From: Mycolicibacterium sp.
GTDB taxonomy: Bacteria; Actinomycetota; Actinomycetes; Mycobacteriales; Mycobacteriaceae
Assembly: GCF_050250295.1 (NCBI RefSeq)
Contig: NZ_JBFWOX010000012.1
DNA length: 64,000 nt
Direction: 5' to 3' (one strand)
Under the pieces are notes generated by a model. That model was not told the DNA's origin, did no database searches, and saw only the letters and a list, made by a program, of their open reading frames with translations. Positions 47,566-55,880 of this stretch are shown here, piece by piece (positions within the stretch are counted from its first letter, which is position 1; the number at the start of each line of letters is the position of its first letter). Both the position numbers and the translations under genes were made by a program.

Positions 47566-48768
47566 TCAGGCTTTGCGGAACGTCACCGGCAGCGCGGTCG
47601 GTGACCGGAACGGCTGACCGTGGATGTGCGGGTCGGCCTCGGTGACCAGCTGGATGTCACGCAGCCGCGACAGCAGGCACTCGACGGCCACCCGGGTCTC
47701 CATCCGGGCCAGGTGCAACCCCATGCAGGTGTGCTCCCCGGCGGCGAAGGAGATGTGCGGCACCGGCGTGCGGAAGACGTCGAACTCCTCGGAGCGTTCC
47801 CAGCGACGCTCGTCGCGGTTGGCCGAGCCGATGCAGACATCGATCACCGAGCCAGCGGGGATCGGCACCCCGGCCACCTCGGTATCCTCGGTCGCCAACC
47901 GCTGCACCGTGGTCAGCGGGGTCTCGTAGCGCAACCCCTCTTCGATCGCCGGCCCGATCAACCTGTGATCGGCACTGACCGCGTCGAACTGGTCGGGATG
48001 GGTCAGCAACAGGTACAACAGGTTTCCCGACGACCGGTAGGTGGTCTCCAGCCCGGCCGGCAGCAGCAGCCGCAGGAACGAGTAGATCGCTTCGTCGCTG
48101 AGCCGGTCACCGTCGATCTCGGCGCGCACCAGATCGCCGATGATGTCCTCGGTCGGCGTACAGCGGCGTTTCTCGATCTGGCCGAGGAAGTAGTCCTTCA
48201 GCGCCGCCGACGCCTCGAACGCCCGCTTGTAGCTGACCGCGTAGCTGATCAGCTCCACCGCGCGCTTGCGGAACCACGGCAGGTCCTCGGCCGGCAACCC
48301 CAGCAGCCTCGAGATCACCCGGGTCGGGAACTCGAAGGTGAAGTCGCCCACCAGGTCTGCCCGGCCGTCGTCGACGAACTCGTCGATCAGCGCGTTGACG
48401 ACCGGACGCACGATCTCGGGTTCCCAGCGCGCCAGCGAGCGCGATTTGAACGCCGCCGACACCAGATTGCGGTGCTCCCAGTGCGGTTTGCCCTCCATCG
48501 CCAGGATGGTCGGACCGATGAACAAACCGATGGTGGAGTCATAGATCGTGGAGTTGAACGCCTTGCCGTCGCGGAGCACCCGGTTGACTGCCTCGAAGGA
48601 CACCGCGGCATAGAGGTTCTCGGGGCGCAGCGAGTCCGGTGTCCTGGACCAGTCCATCACCGACCCGCGGAACACGCCGCCCTGTTCGCGCCGCCGCGCG
48701 AACAGGGGGTAGGGGTCGCGCAGGTCGATCGGCTCGTCACTGGTGACGTCCCGCACCGGGGTATCCAC
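47566..48768 (-). CDS. Cytochrome P450
   Basis: GTG start after GGGAGG. I-helix LLPAGLETT, EGLRYE, and heme loop FAAGEHTCMGLHLAR. Confidence 0.9.
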   Translation of the reverse strand: MDTPVRDVTSDEPIDLRDPYPLFARRREQGGVFRGSVMDWSRTPDSLRPENLYAAVSFEAVNRVLRDGKAFNSTIYDSTIGLFIGPTILAMEGKPHWEHRNLVSAAFKSRSLARWEPEIVRPVVNALIDEFVDDGRADLVGDFTFEFPTRVISRLLGLPAEDLPWFRKRAVELISYAVSYKRAFEASAALKDYFLGQIEKRRCTPTEDIIGDLVRAEIDGDRLSDEAIYSFLRLLLPAGLETTYRSSGNLLYLLLTHPDQFDAVSADHRLIGPAIEEGLRYETPLTTVQRLATEDTEVAGVPIPAGSVIDVCIGSANRDERRWERSEEFDVFRTPVPHISFAAGEHTCMGLHLARMETRVAVECLLSRLRDIQLVTEADPHIHGQPFRSPTALPVTFRKA

Positions 48769-48802
48769 GTGGCCTCCCGTCGGCGCCCGGCTGGCGCGCT
48801 GC

Positions 48803-48841
48803 TACACCGACATACTGTAATAGTTACAGTATGTCGGTGTA
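48803..48841. promoter_or_regulatory. 39-bp palindrome with 18-bp perfect arms centred on TACTGTAA-TAG-TTACAGTA
   Basis: TACACCGACATACTGTAA TAG TTACAGTATGTCGGTGTA, read directly. It lies between the divergent P450 (start 48768) and ALDH (start 48921). Confidence 0.7.
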
Positions 48842-48920
48842 CAGTTGTGGGACCGCTCGGTCGGGAACCGGCCGACCGACGGTGGTCCGGTCACGCTGAA
48901 TCCGACGGAGGTCTCTGCCC

Positions 48921-50396
48921 ATGGCAGCACCGTTCGACGACCGCCGCCACCCGGGCACGCTCACGGCCGCCGTCGAACACCAGCGCCGGGCATTCGTCGC
49001 CGACGGCCCACCGGATGCCGCCCTGCGCCGCAACCGGATCGATCGGCTGCTGGCTCTAGTGCTGGACAACACCGACGACTTCGTCGACGCGATGGCAGCC
49101 GACTTCGGCACCCGGCCGCGCGCCGGGTCGCTGTTCGCCGAGATCATGGGCATGCTCTCGGTCATCGAGCACACCAGAGCCCATGTGCGGCAATGGATGA
49201 AACCCGTCACGGTGCTGCCGGTGGCACGCCCGTTCGGGCTGCGCGGCGAGGTGCATCCGTCGCCGCTGGGCGTGGTCGGGATCATCGGGCCGTGGAACTT
49301 CCCGGTGAACCTCGTCATCCTGCCCGCCGCAGCGGCTTTCGCCGCGGGCAACCGCGTGATGATCAAGATGTCGGAGGTCACCCCGCGCACCGCCGAGTTG
49401 ATGAAGACCCTGGCGCCCGCCTACTTCGACCCCGCCGAACTGACCGTCGTCACCGGCGACGCCGAGGTCGCGGCCCGGTTCGCGGCGCTGCCGTTCGACC
49501 ACTTGTTCTTCACCGGGTCGCCGCGCGTCGGGGCGCTGGTCGCGCAGGCCGCCGCGGCGAACCTGGTGCCGGTGACCCTCGAGCTGGGCGGCAAGAACCC
49601 GGTGGTGGTGTCGCCCCACGCCGATCTGCACCGCGCCGCCGCGCGCATCGCGGCCGCCCGCATGATCAACGGCGGGCAGGTGTGCGTGTGCCCGGACCAC
49701 GTCTTCGTGCCCGCCGGCAGGGTCGAGGCGTTCGTGGCCGTCGCCCGCGACACGTTGCGCGGCATGTTCCCGTCGATCCTGGCCAACGACGACTACTGCT
49801 CGGCGGTCGACGAGGCCAACTTCGACCGGATCGTCGGCCTCGTCGAAGACGCCCGCGCCAAGGGCGCCCGGGTCGAGACCGTGGCACCGCCGCACGAGGT
49901 GCTGCCGGACCGCAACACGCGCAAGATCGCGCCCACGCTGCTGCTCGACGTCGACGACAGCATGCACATCGCCGACGAGGAGACCTTCGGGCCCGTCCTG
50001 ACCGTGCGCCCCTACACCGAGCTGCGCGATGTCGTCGACTATCTCATCGCACGCCCGGCCCCGCTGGTGGCCTACTGGTTCGGTCCGGACGACGCCGACT
50101 TCCGGACCTTTGTGTGCCACACCCGCAGCGGCGGAGTGGCCCGCAATGACTTTGCCGCCCAGATGATTCCGTCGGCGGCGCCGTTCGGCGGCGTCGGCCG
50201 CAGCGGCACGGGCGCCTACCACGGCAAGGCAGGCTTCGACGCGTTCAGCCACTACCGCACGGTCGTCGGCAGCGATCTGCCGGTCACGATCACCGGCCGC
50301 GCGGCACCGCCGTTCACCCCGGTCACCCGCATCGGCACCGCCCTGAGCCTGCAGCTGGCGCGGCGCCGGACCCGGCGGCGGCTCAGGACGCGGTGA
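48921..50396 (+). CDS. Aldehyde dehydrogenase (coniferyl-aldehyde dehydrogenase-like subfamily)
   Basis: ATG follows GGAGG. Motifs ELGGKNP, INGGQVCVCPDHVFV, PFGGVGRSGTGAYHG. Confidence 0.9.
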   Translation: MAAPFDDRRHPGTLTAAVEHQRRAFVADGPPDAALRRNRIDRLLALVLDNTDDFVDAMAADFGTRPRAGSLFAEIMGMLSVIEHTRAHVRQWMKPVTVLPVARPFGLRGEVHPSPLGVVGIIGPWNFPVNLVILPAAAAFAAGNRVMIKMSEVTPRTAELMKTLAPAYFDPAELTVVTGDAEVAARFAALPFDHLFFTGSPRVGALVAQAAAANLVPVTLELGGKNPVVVSPHADLHRAAARIAAARMINGGQVCVCPDHVFVPAGRVEAFVAVARDTLRGMFPSILANDDYCSAVDEANFDRIVGLVEDARAKGARVETVAPPHEVLPDRNTRKIAPTLLLDVDDSMHIADEETFGPVLTVRPYTELRDVVDYLIARPAPLVAYWFGPDDADFRTFVCHTRSGGVARNDFAAQMIPSAAPFGGVGRSGTGAYHGKAGFDAFSHYRTVVGSDLPVTITGRAAPPFTPVTRIGTALSLQLARRRTRRRLRTR

Positions 50397-52035
50397 CGGC
50401 CTGCTCGCGGGCCCACCGATAATCGGCCTTGCCGGCCGGGCTGCGCTCGATCGCCGGCCGGAACACCACCGCCTTGGGCAGCTTGTAGCGGGCGATCACC
50501 GTCGCGGCGTGCTCGATCAACTCCCCGGCCGTCGCGTTCGCCCCGTCGGCGAGGGCGACGACCGCGACCACCTCCTGGCCCCAGCGCTCGCTCGGCCGGC
50601 CGGCCACCACGACGTCGGCGACGGCCGGGTGCGAGGCGATCGCCGACTCCACCTCCTCGGCGAAGATCTTCTCGCCGCCGGAGTTGATGGTCACCGAATC
50701 GCGGCCCAGCAGTTCGACGGCGCCGTCGGCGAGGTGGCGCGCGCGATCGCCGGGCACCGAGTACCGGACTCCGGCGATGACCGGGAAGGTGGCCGCGGTC
50801 TTGGCGGCGTCGCCCTTGTAGCCCAGCGGCACGTAGCCGCGCTGGGCCAGCCAGCCGATCCCGTCGTGGCCAGGCGCCAGGATCGAGCTGAGATTCTCTG
50901 CGGCGACGAAGGTATCGGGTCCGGCGTTGAACGTGCCGGTCGATACCGCGCCCGGCGCGGACATGTGCGTCATCTGCGCGCCGGTCTCCGAGGATCCGAC
51001 ACCGTCGACCACCATCAGGTTGGGCTTGGCGTCGATCAGGCGTTGTTTGGCGGTCGGCGTCAGCTGCGCACCGCCGTTGGCCACCACCGCCAGCGAGGAC
51101 AGGTCGACGTCGGTGCGCGCGAACGCGTCGGCCAGCGGGCGGGCCATCGCGTCGCCGACGACGGTGACGGCCAGCGCCTTCTCCCGCTCGATCGTGGCCA
51201 CCACGTCGTCGACGTCGAGGTGGCTCGTGACGGCGGAGAACACCACGGTCTGACCGGTGTTCATCGCGGTGAAGACCGCCCACTGCGCGGCGCCGTGCAT
51301 CAGCGGCGGCAGCACCATCAGCGTCGAGGTGGGCGCCGTGGCGCAGCGCTGAGCGAGGTCGTCCAGCGTCGTGACCAGCTCGCCGGTGTAGAGGCTGCGG
51401 CCGCCGAACGACGTCATGAAGATGTCGTGCTGGCGCCACAGCACGCCCTTGGGCATGCCGGTGGTGCCGCCGGTGTAGAGCACATAGAGGTCGTCGGGCG
51501 ACGGCTCGACGGGCGGCGGTGTGGCCGGGCCTTCGGCCACGATCGACTCGTAATCCACGGCACCGGGCAACAATTCGATGCCCGAGTCATCGGCGATCTG
51601 GATCAGCAGCTTCAGCGCGGGCAGCTCGGCGCGCACCTCGGCCAGCCGCGGCGCGAACGCGGCGTGGTACAGCAGCGCGGTCGCACCGGAGTCGGCCAGC
51701 AGGTACTGCAGCTCGGCCTTGACGTAGCGGTAGTTGACGTTGAACGGGGCGACACGGGCCCGCCAGGCGCCCAGCATCCCCTCGACGTACTCGGGCCCGT
51801 TGTGGGCGTAGATGCCGAGCAGGTCTTGCCCGACCTCGTGGCCCGCCAGCTGCGAGCGTTCGGTGTGACAACCCAGGCCTCGGGCGTGCAGGAACGCGGC
51901 CAACCGGGTCGAGCGCTCCACGATCTGCGCATATGTGTAGCGGCGCTCGCCATGGACGATGAACTCGCGGTCGCCGATCACCGCCGCGACGGCGTCGGCG
52001 GCGGCCGGGACGGTGAACTCTGTCGGCTCGGTCAT
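50383..52035 (-). CDS. Acyl-CoA synthetase (FadD-like)
   Basis: Motifs VLYTGGTTGMPKGVLW, DGVGSSETG, TINSGGEKIF, PAGKADYRWAREQA. Its 3' end overlaps the convergent ALDH by 14 nt. Confidence 0.9.
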   Translation of the reverse strand: MTEPTEFTVPAAADAVAAVIGDREFIVHGERRYTYAQIVERSTRLAAFLHARGLGCHTERSQLAGHEVGQDLLGIYAHNGPEYVEGMLGAWRARVAPFNVNYRYVKAELQYLLADSGATALLYHAAFAPRLAEVRAELPALKLLIQIADDSGIELLPGAVDYESIVAEGPATPPPVEPSPDDLYVLYTGGTTGMPKGVLWRQHDIFMTSFGGRSLYTGELVTTLDDLAQRCATAPTSTLMVLPPLMHGAAQWAVFTAMNTGQTVVFSAVTSHLDVDDVVATIEREKALAVTVVGDAMARPLADAFARTDVDLSSLAVVANGGAQLTPTAKQRLIDAKPNLMVVDGVGSSETGAQMTHMSAPGAVSTGTFNAGPDTFVAAENLSSILAPGHDGIGWLAQRGYVPLGYKGDAAKTAATFPVIAGVRYSVPGDRARHLADGAVELLGRDSVTINSGGEKIFAEEVESAIASHPAVADVVVAGRPSERWGQEVVAVVALADGANATAGELIEHAATVIARYKLPKAVVFRPAIERSPAGKADYRWAREQAVTAS

Positions 52036-52227
52036 GGCAGGGACTCTAGACGGACAGATGCCCGGAGTGGACAGGTGCCTGGATACTGTATGGTCATGGT
52101 GCGGTCGTCCAGGTGCCGAGCAGCGCGTCGGTGGTGGTCACCCTCGCCGGCAGGGCCCGTCGACGCGGCGCCGCAGCAGGCAGTGCACGAGCGCGGTGAT
52201 GGGCGGGCGCCATCAGCTCCGCGGGCC

Positions 52228-53223
52228 TCACCGAGCGGGAACCTCGTAAAACTGTTGGGCCCATTTCCGCATCGTCATATAGGGTTTCGCGTCGATCTTG
52301 GCCAGCGGCGGGTGCTCGACGTACTTCTGATAGCGCCAGATCTCACAGTCCTCCCACACGGTCTTGAGGAACTGCCGCTCGACCTTCTCGCGAACCTCAG
52401 GTGGCGGCGCGTCCGACGTCTCACCGGCGACCTTGGGCCACCAGATCGAATAGAAGATGTCGGAGACCTCGTCGTCGACGGGGGTGCACGCGAAGATCAG
52501 CCGGTGGTTCGAGGAGCCCTCGAAGGCGCTCACCGCGAAACCCAGGCCGCTGAAGTGGCTGTGGATGTTCAGCGCCATCGCGTCCGGGTCGTCGCTGCGG
52601 GGGTCGGGCCAGCCGGTCAGGAACCGCCACTCCTCGTCGACGTGTTCCCAGTGCAGGCACACCGGGGTGACCGTCGCCTTGTGCACGTACCGGAAATGTG
52701 AACTGTCCGGGCCGTTCTCGGCAACGATCTGGGGATGCACCGGGATCGCGTCGGCTCGGCTGGAGAACTCCGGGTAGGGCCGGTAGTAGGCGCTGGGGTC
52801 GGTCTCGAACTGCGGGAACTTGTGGAAGAGGTCGGGGATCTCCCACCTCGGCGGCTCGCCCGCGGGCTGGTGCCACACGAAGATGCACCCGTACTGCTCC
52901 CGGACCGGATACGACCGCAACCGCAGCGCGCGGTTGGGGCGGTCGGGCTGATACGGGATGTAGGTGTTGTCGCCCTTCGGCCCCCACCGCCAGCCGTGGA
53001 ACGGGCACTCGATGCAGTCGCCGACGACCGTCCCGCCGTGCCCGATGTGCGCGCCGAGGTGCTTGTAGTGTGCCTCCAGCACGTGCAGCTGTCCGGCCTT
53101 ATCGCGATAGGCGGCCAGGTCTTCCCCGAAGTACCTGAGCGCCTTGACTTCACCGATCGGGTACTCCGCGGACCACCCGATCATGAACCATCCGGTCACC
53201 TTCCAGGTGAACGGGACCTTCAT
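52228..53223 (-). CDS. Rieske-type non-heme iron oxygenase alpha subunit (KshA-like architecture) with atypical cluster motif
   Basis: ATG 53223 (MKVPFTWKVTGWF). The Rieske region reads AHYKHLGAHIGHGGTVVGDCIECPFHGWRWG, so Tyr53 (codon 53065-53067) sits where the first Cys ligand is expected. Confidence 0.75.
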   Translation of the reverse strand: MKVPFTWKVTGWFMIGWSAEYPIGEVKALRYFGEDLAAYRDKAGQLHVLEAHYKHLGAHIGHGGTVVGDCIECPFHGWRWGPKGDNTYIPYQPDRPNRALRLRSYPVREQYGCIFVWHQPAGEPPRWEIPDLFHKFPQFETDPSAYYRPYPEFSSRADAIPVHPQIVAENGPDSSHFRYVHKATVTPVCLHWEHVDEEWRFLTGWPDPRSDDPDAMALNIHSHFSGLGFAVSAFEGSSNHRLIFACTPVDDEVSDIFYSIWWPKVAGETSDAPPPEVREKVERQFLKTVWEDCEIWRYQKYVEHPPLAKIDAKPYMTMRKWAQQFYEVPAR

Positions 53224-53283
53224 GGGCGACCCCCTGCCGCGGCGGATCGGCCGGATCCGCACACACGTTTCTCTGGACGTCGA

Positions 53284-53302
53284 TACTGTAACAGTGACAG
53301 TA
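53284..53302. promoter_or_regulatory. Operator-like palindrome TACTGTAACAGTGACAGTA
   Basis: Lies between the divergent Rieske oxygenase (start 53223) and the BVMO remnant (start 53324). One mismatch to the core. The flanking bases extend it to ATACTGT...ACAGTAT. Confidence 0.6.
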
Positions 53303-53323
53303 TGGTGAGCCCGGAGGAACTCA

Positions 53324-54734
53324 GTGACGAGCGAGCATGGCCGATTCGATGCGATCGTTGTCGGTGCGGGGTTCTCCGGACTCTACGCGCTGCACCATCT
53401 GCGGGCGCGCGGGCTGCGCGTGCGGGTGCTCGAACGCGAGAACGCCGTCGGCGGCCGTGGTTGGTCAACCCTTATCCGGGGGCGCGCTGCGACATCGAGA
53501 GCATCGAGTACTCCTACAGCTTCTCCGAGCAGATCCAGCAGGAGTGGATGTGGCCCGAGACCATGCCGGCACAACCGGAGATCGAGGCGTACCTGAACTT
53601 CGTCGCCGACCGCCTCGACCTGCGCCGCGACATCACCTTCGACACCGAGGTCGTCGCGATGACATTCGACGAGGACACCGCCGAGTGGCTGGTGGCGACG
53701 GCGACGGGGGAGTCGTTCGTCGCCCCGTTCGTCGTCGCCGCCACCGGCATCCTGTCGGTGCCGTTGGAGCCGTCGATCTCGGCGATGGACACCTTCACGG
53801 GTCAATCCGTGTTCACCAGCCGCTGGCCGCACCACGGAATGGACCTGGCGGATCGTCGAATCGGGGTGATCGGCACCGGGTCCACCGGTGTGCAACTGAT
53901 CCCGGTGGTGGCGCGGGACGCCGCTCACCTCACCGTGTTCCAGCGGTCCCCGGCGTACACGTTGCCGGAGGTGCGCGCGTTCGAGTCGGGTGAGCTCGAC
54001 GAACTCGAGGCCCGCTACCCCGAGATCCGCGATGCGCAGCGCGAGCACCCGGGGGGTGCGGCGCGGCATCGTCACCGACCCGGACACTGCCAGGGCGCTG
54101 ACCCCGACCTACCCCTTCGCGTGCAAACGCCCGATCATCGACCAGGGCTACTACCAGACCTTCAACCGCGAAAACGTGACTCTGGTCGACCTGCGCACCG
54201 ACCCGATCGTGTCGGTGCGGCCCGGGATGATCGAGACCGGGCGCGGCCTGCACGAGTTCGACGTCATCGTTTACGCAACGGGTTTCGACGGGATGACCGG
54301 CGCGCTGCGTTGCATCGCCGTCCGCGGCCGGGCCGGGTCGTCGCTGGGGGAATTCTGGGCCACCGAGGGACCGCTGAGCTACCTCGGCATGGCCGACCAT
54401 CCAAGGTCCCGGAAGCCCCTCGGCGGCAGCGATTTTCGTCGCCGCGATGGAGCAGAACGTGGAATGGATCGGTGCCTGTATCGCGCACCTGCGCGAGCAG
54501 GGCTACCGGACGATCGAGGCACTGTCCGACGCGCAACAGGACTGGATCGACCCGGCCACCGCGCTGGTGGCGCCCACCGTGCTGGTCCACCCGTCCTGTC
54601 ACTCCTGGTACAACGGCGGCAACGTGCCCGGCAAGAAACGCATGTACATGGGTTACACCGCGGGCATCCCCGAGTACCGCAGACGGTGCGACGGGATCGC
54701 CGCCGACGGTTACACGGGGTTCAAGCTCGCGTGA
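53324..54734 (+). pseudogene. Baeyer-Villiger (cyclohexanone-type) flavin monooxygenase, disrupted
   Basis: Segment 1 FDAIVVGAGFSGLYALHHL...ENAVGG runs to a frameshift near 53456. Segment 2 WLVNPYPGARCDIES...RIGVIGTGSTGVQ runs to a frameshift at the G-run 54051-54056. Segment 3 IVTDPDTARALTP...VIVYATGFDGMTG...YLGMA ends at a junction near 54395, where the expected GFPN-type segment is missing. Segment 4 TIQGPGSPS...MEQNVEWI...GYTGFKLA runs to the stop. Confidence 0.8.
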
Positions 54735-54795
54735 AGTAGGCCATGGCAGGATCACCGGGAACCGGCACATGCGGCCGCGAGCAAGGAGACTGGGC

Positions 54796-55836
54796 GTGAC
54801 ACGGGTGCTCGACGAACTGGGGTTCTATCTGCTGGCCGGCGCCGGGGGCGACGGTCCGGCCACGTTGATGGACGAGGCGCGCCGCGGTGAGGAGCTCGGC
54901 TTCGGCACCGCCTTTCTCTCCGAACGGTGGAACGTCAAGGAGGCGTCGTCGCTGACCGGCGCCGCGCTCGCGGTCACCAGCCGCATGCAGATCGCGACCG
55001 CGGCCACCAACCACAACACCCGGCACCCGCTGATCACCGGATCGTGGGCGACCACGATGCACCGACTCTCGGGCGGACGGTTCACGCTGGGCATCGGCCG
55101 CGGCATCGGCGCGATCCACACCGCGTTCGGCATCCCGGCGGTGACCACCGCGCAGATGGCGGATTTCACGCAGGTGATGCGCAGGCTCTGGCGCGGCGAG
55201 CTGATCTTCAACCACGACGGGCCGCTCGGCACGTACCCGGTGCTGTTCCTCGACCCGGATTTCCGCGAGGACATCCGGCTGGCGATCGTCGCGTTCGGCC
55301 CGCAGACCCTCGCACTCGGTGGGCGCGAATTCGACGACGTCATCCTGCACACCTACTTCACCCCGGAGACGCTGCAGCGTGCCGTCAGGACGGTCAAGGA
55401 CGCCGCGGAGCAGGCGGGCCGGGACCCGGCGTCGGTGCGGGTGTGGTCGTGCTTCGCCACCGTCGGCGACCACCTGCCCGAGGAGTTGCGGCTGAAGAAG
55501 ACCGTCGCCCGGCTGGCCACCTACCTGCAGGGCTACGGTGACCTGCTGGTCAACACCAACGGCTGGGATCCGGCTGTGCTGCAACGCTTCCGCGACGACT
55601 CGGTGGTTCAGTCGATCCCCGGCGGCATTGACCACAAGGCGACCGCCGAGCAGATCGAGCACATCGCCACGCTGATCCCAGACGAGTGGCTGGAGCCGTC
55701 GGCGACCGGCTCGCCCCAGCAGTGCGCGGACCGGGTCCGCAAGGAATTCGACTACGGCGCCGACGCGGTGATCATGCACGGTGCCACCCCCGACGAACTG
55801 GAGCCGATCGTCGCCGCCTACGTGAGTTCGGCGTGA
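54796..55836 (+). CDS. Luciferase-like monooxygenase (LLM) class, probably F420-dependent oxidoreductase
   Basis: GTG follows AAGGAGA. Motifs LGFGTAFLSERWN, RFTLGIGRG. About 346 aa, typical of actinobacterial LLM/F420 families. Confidence 0.8.
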   Translation: MTRVLDELGFYLLAGAGGDGPATLMDEARRGEELGFGTAFLSERWNVKEASSLTGAALAVTSRMQIATAATNHNTRHPLITGSWATTMHRLSGGRFTLGIGRGIGAIHTAFGIPAVTTAQMADFTQVMRRLWRGELIFNHDGPLGTYPVLFLDPDFREDIRLAIVAFGPQTLALGGREFDDVILHTYFTPETLQRAVRTVKDAAEQAGRDPASVRVWSCFATVGDHLPEELRLKKTVARLATYLQGYGDLLVNTNGWDPAVLQRFRDDSVVQSIPGGIDHKATAEQIEHIATLIPDEWLEPSATGSPQQCADRVRKEFDYGADAVIMHGATPDELEPIVAAYVSSA

Positions 55837-55880
55837 TACGCGTCGCTGAGCGGTGACGAGCACGCCGAAGCCGCAGGGGG

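Noticed and set aside
48813-48831. Resemblance of TACTGTAA-N3-TTACAGTA to the E. coli LexA SOS box (CTGT-N8-ACAG).
   Set aside because: The spacing here is CTGT-N7-ACAG. Mycobacterial LexA recognises a different motif. All associated genes are catabolic.
52084-52102. TACTGTATGGTCATGGTGC upstream of fadD 50383..52035, considered as a further operator copy.
   Set aside because: Only the left half-site matches and the right half is unrelated. It was not counted as a site.
54051-54056. Programmed ribosomal frameshifting at the G6 run inside the BVMO gene.
   Set aside because: Two additional independent disruptions (near 53456 and 54395) cannot be rescued by one slippery site. Pseudogenisation or sequencing error is the simpler explanation.
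52735-55836. A 1033-aa ORF that could be read as a giant fusion protein.
   Set aside because: Its first part is antisense to the Rieske gene. Its middle is one frame of the broken BVMO plus out-of-frame read-through. Only the last 346 codons (from GTG 54796) are a real LLM gene.
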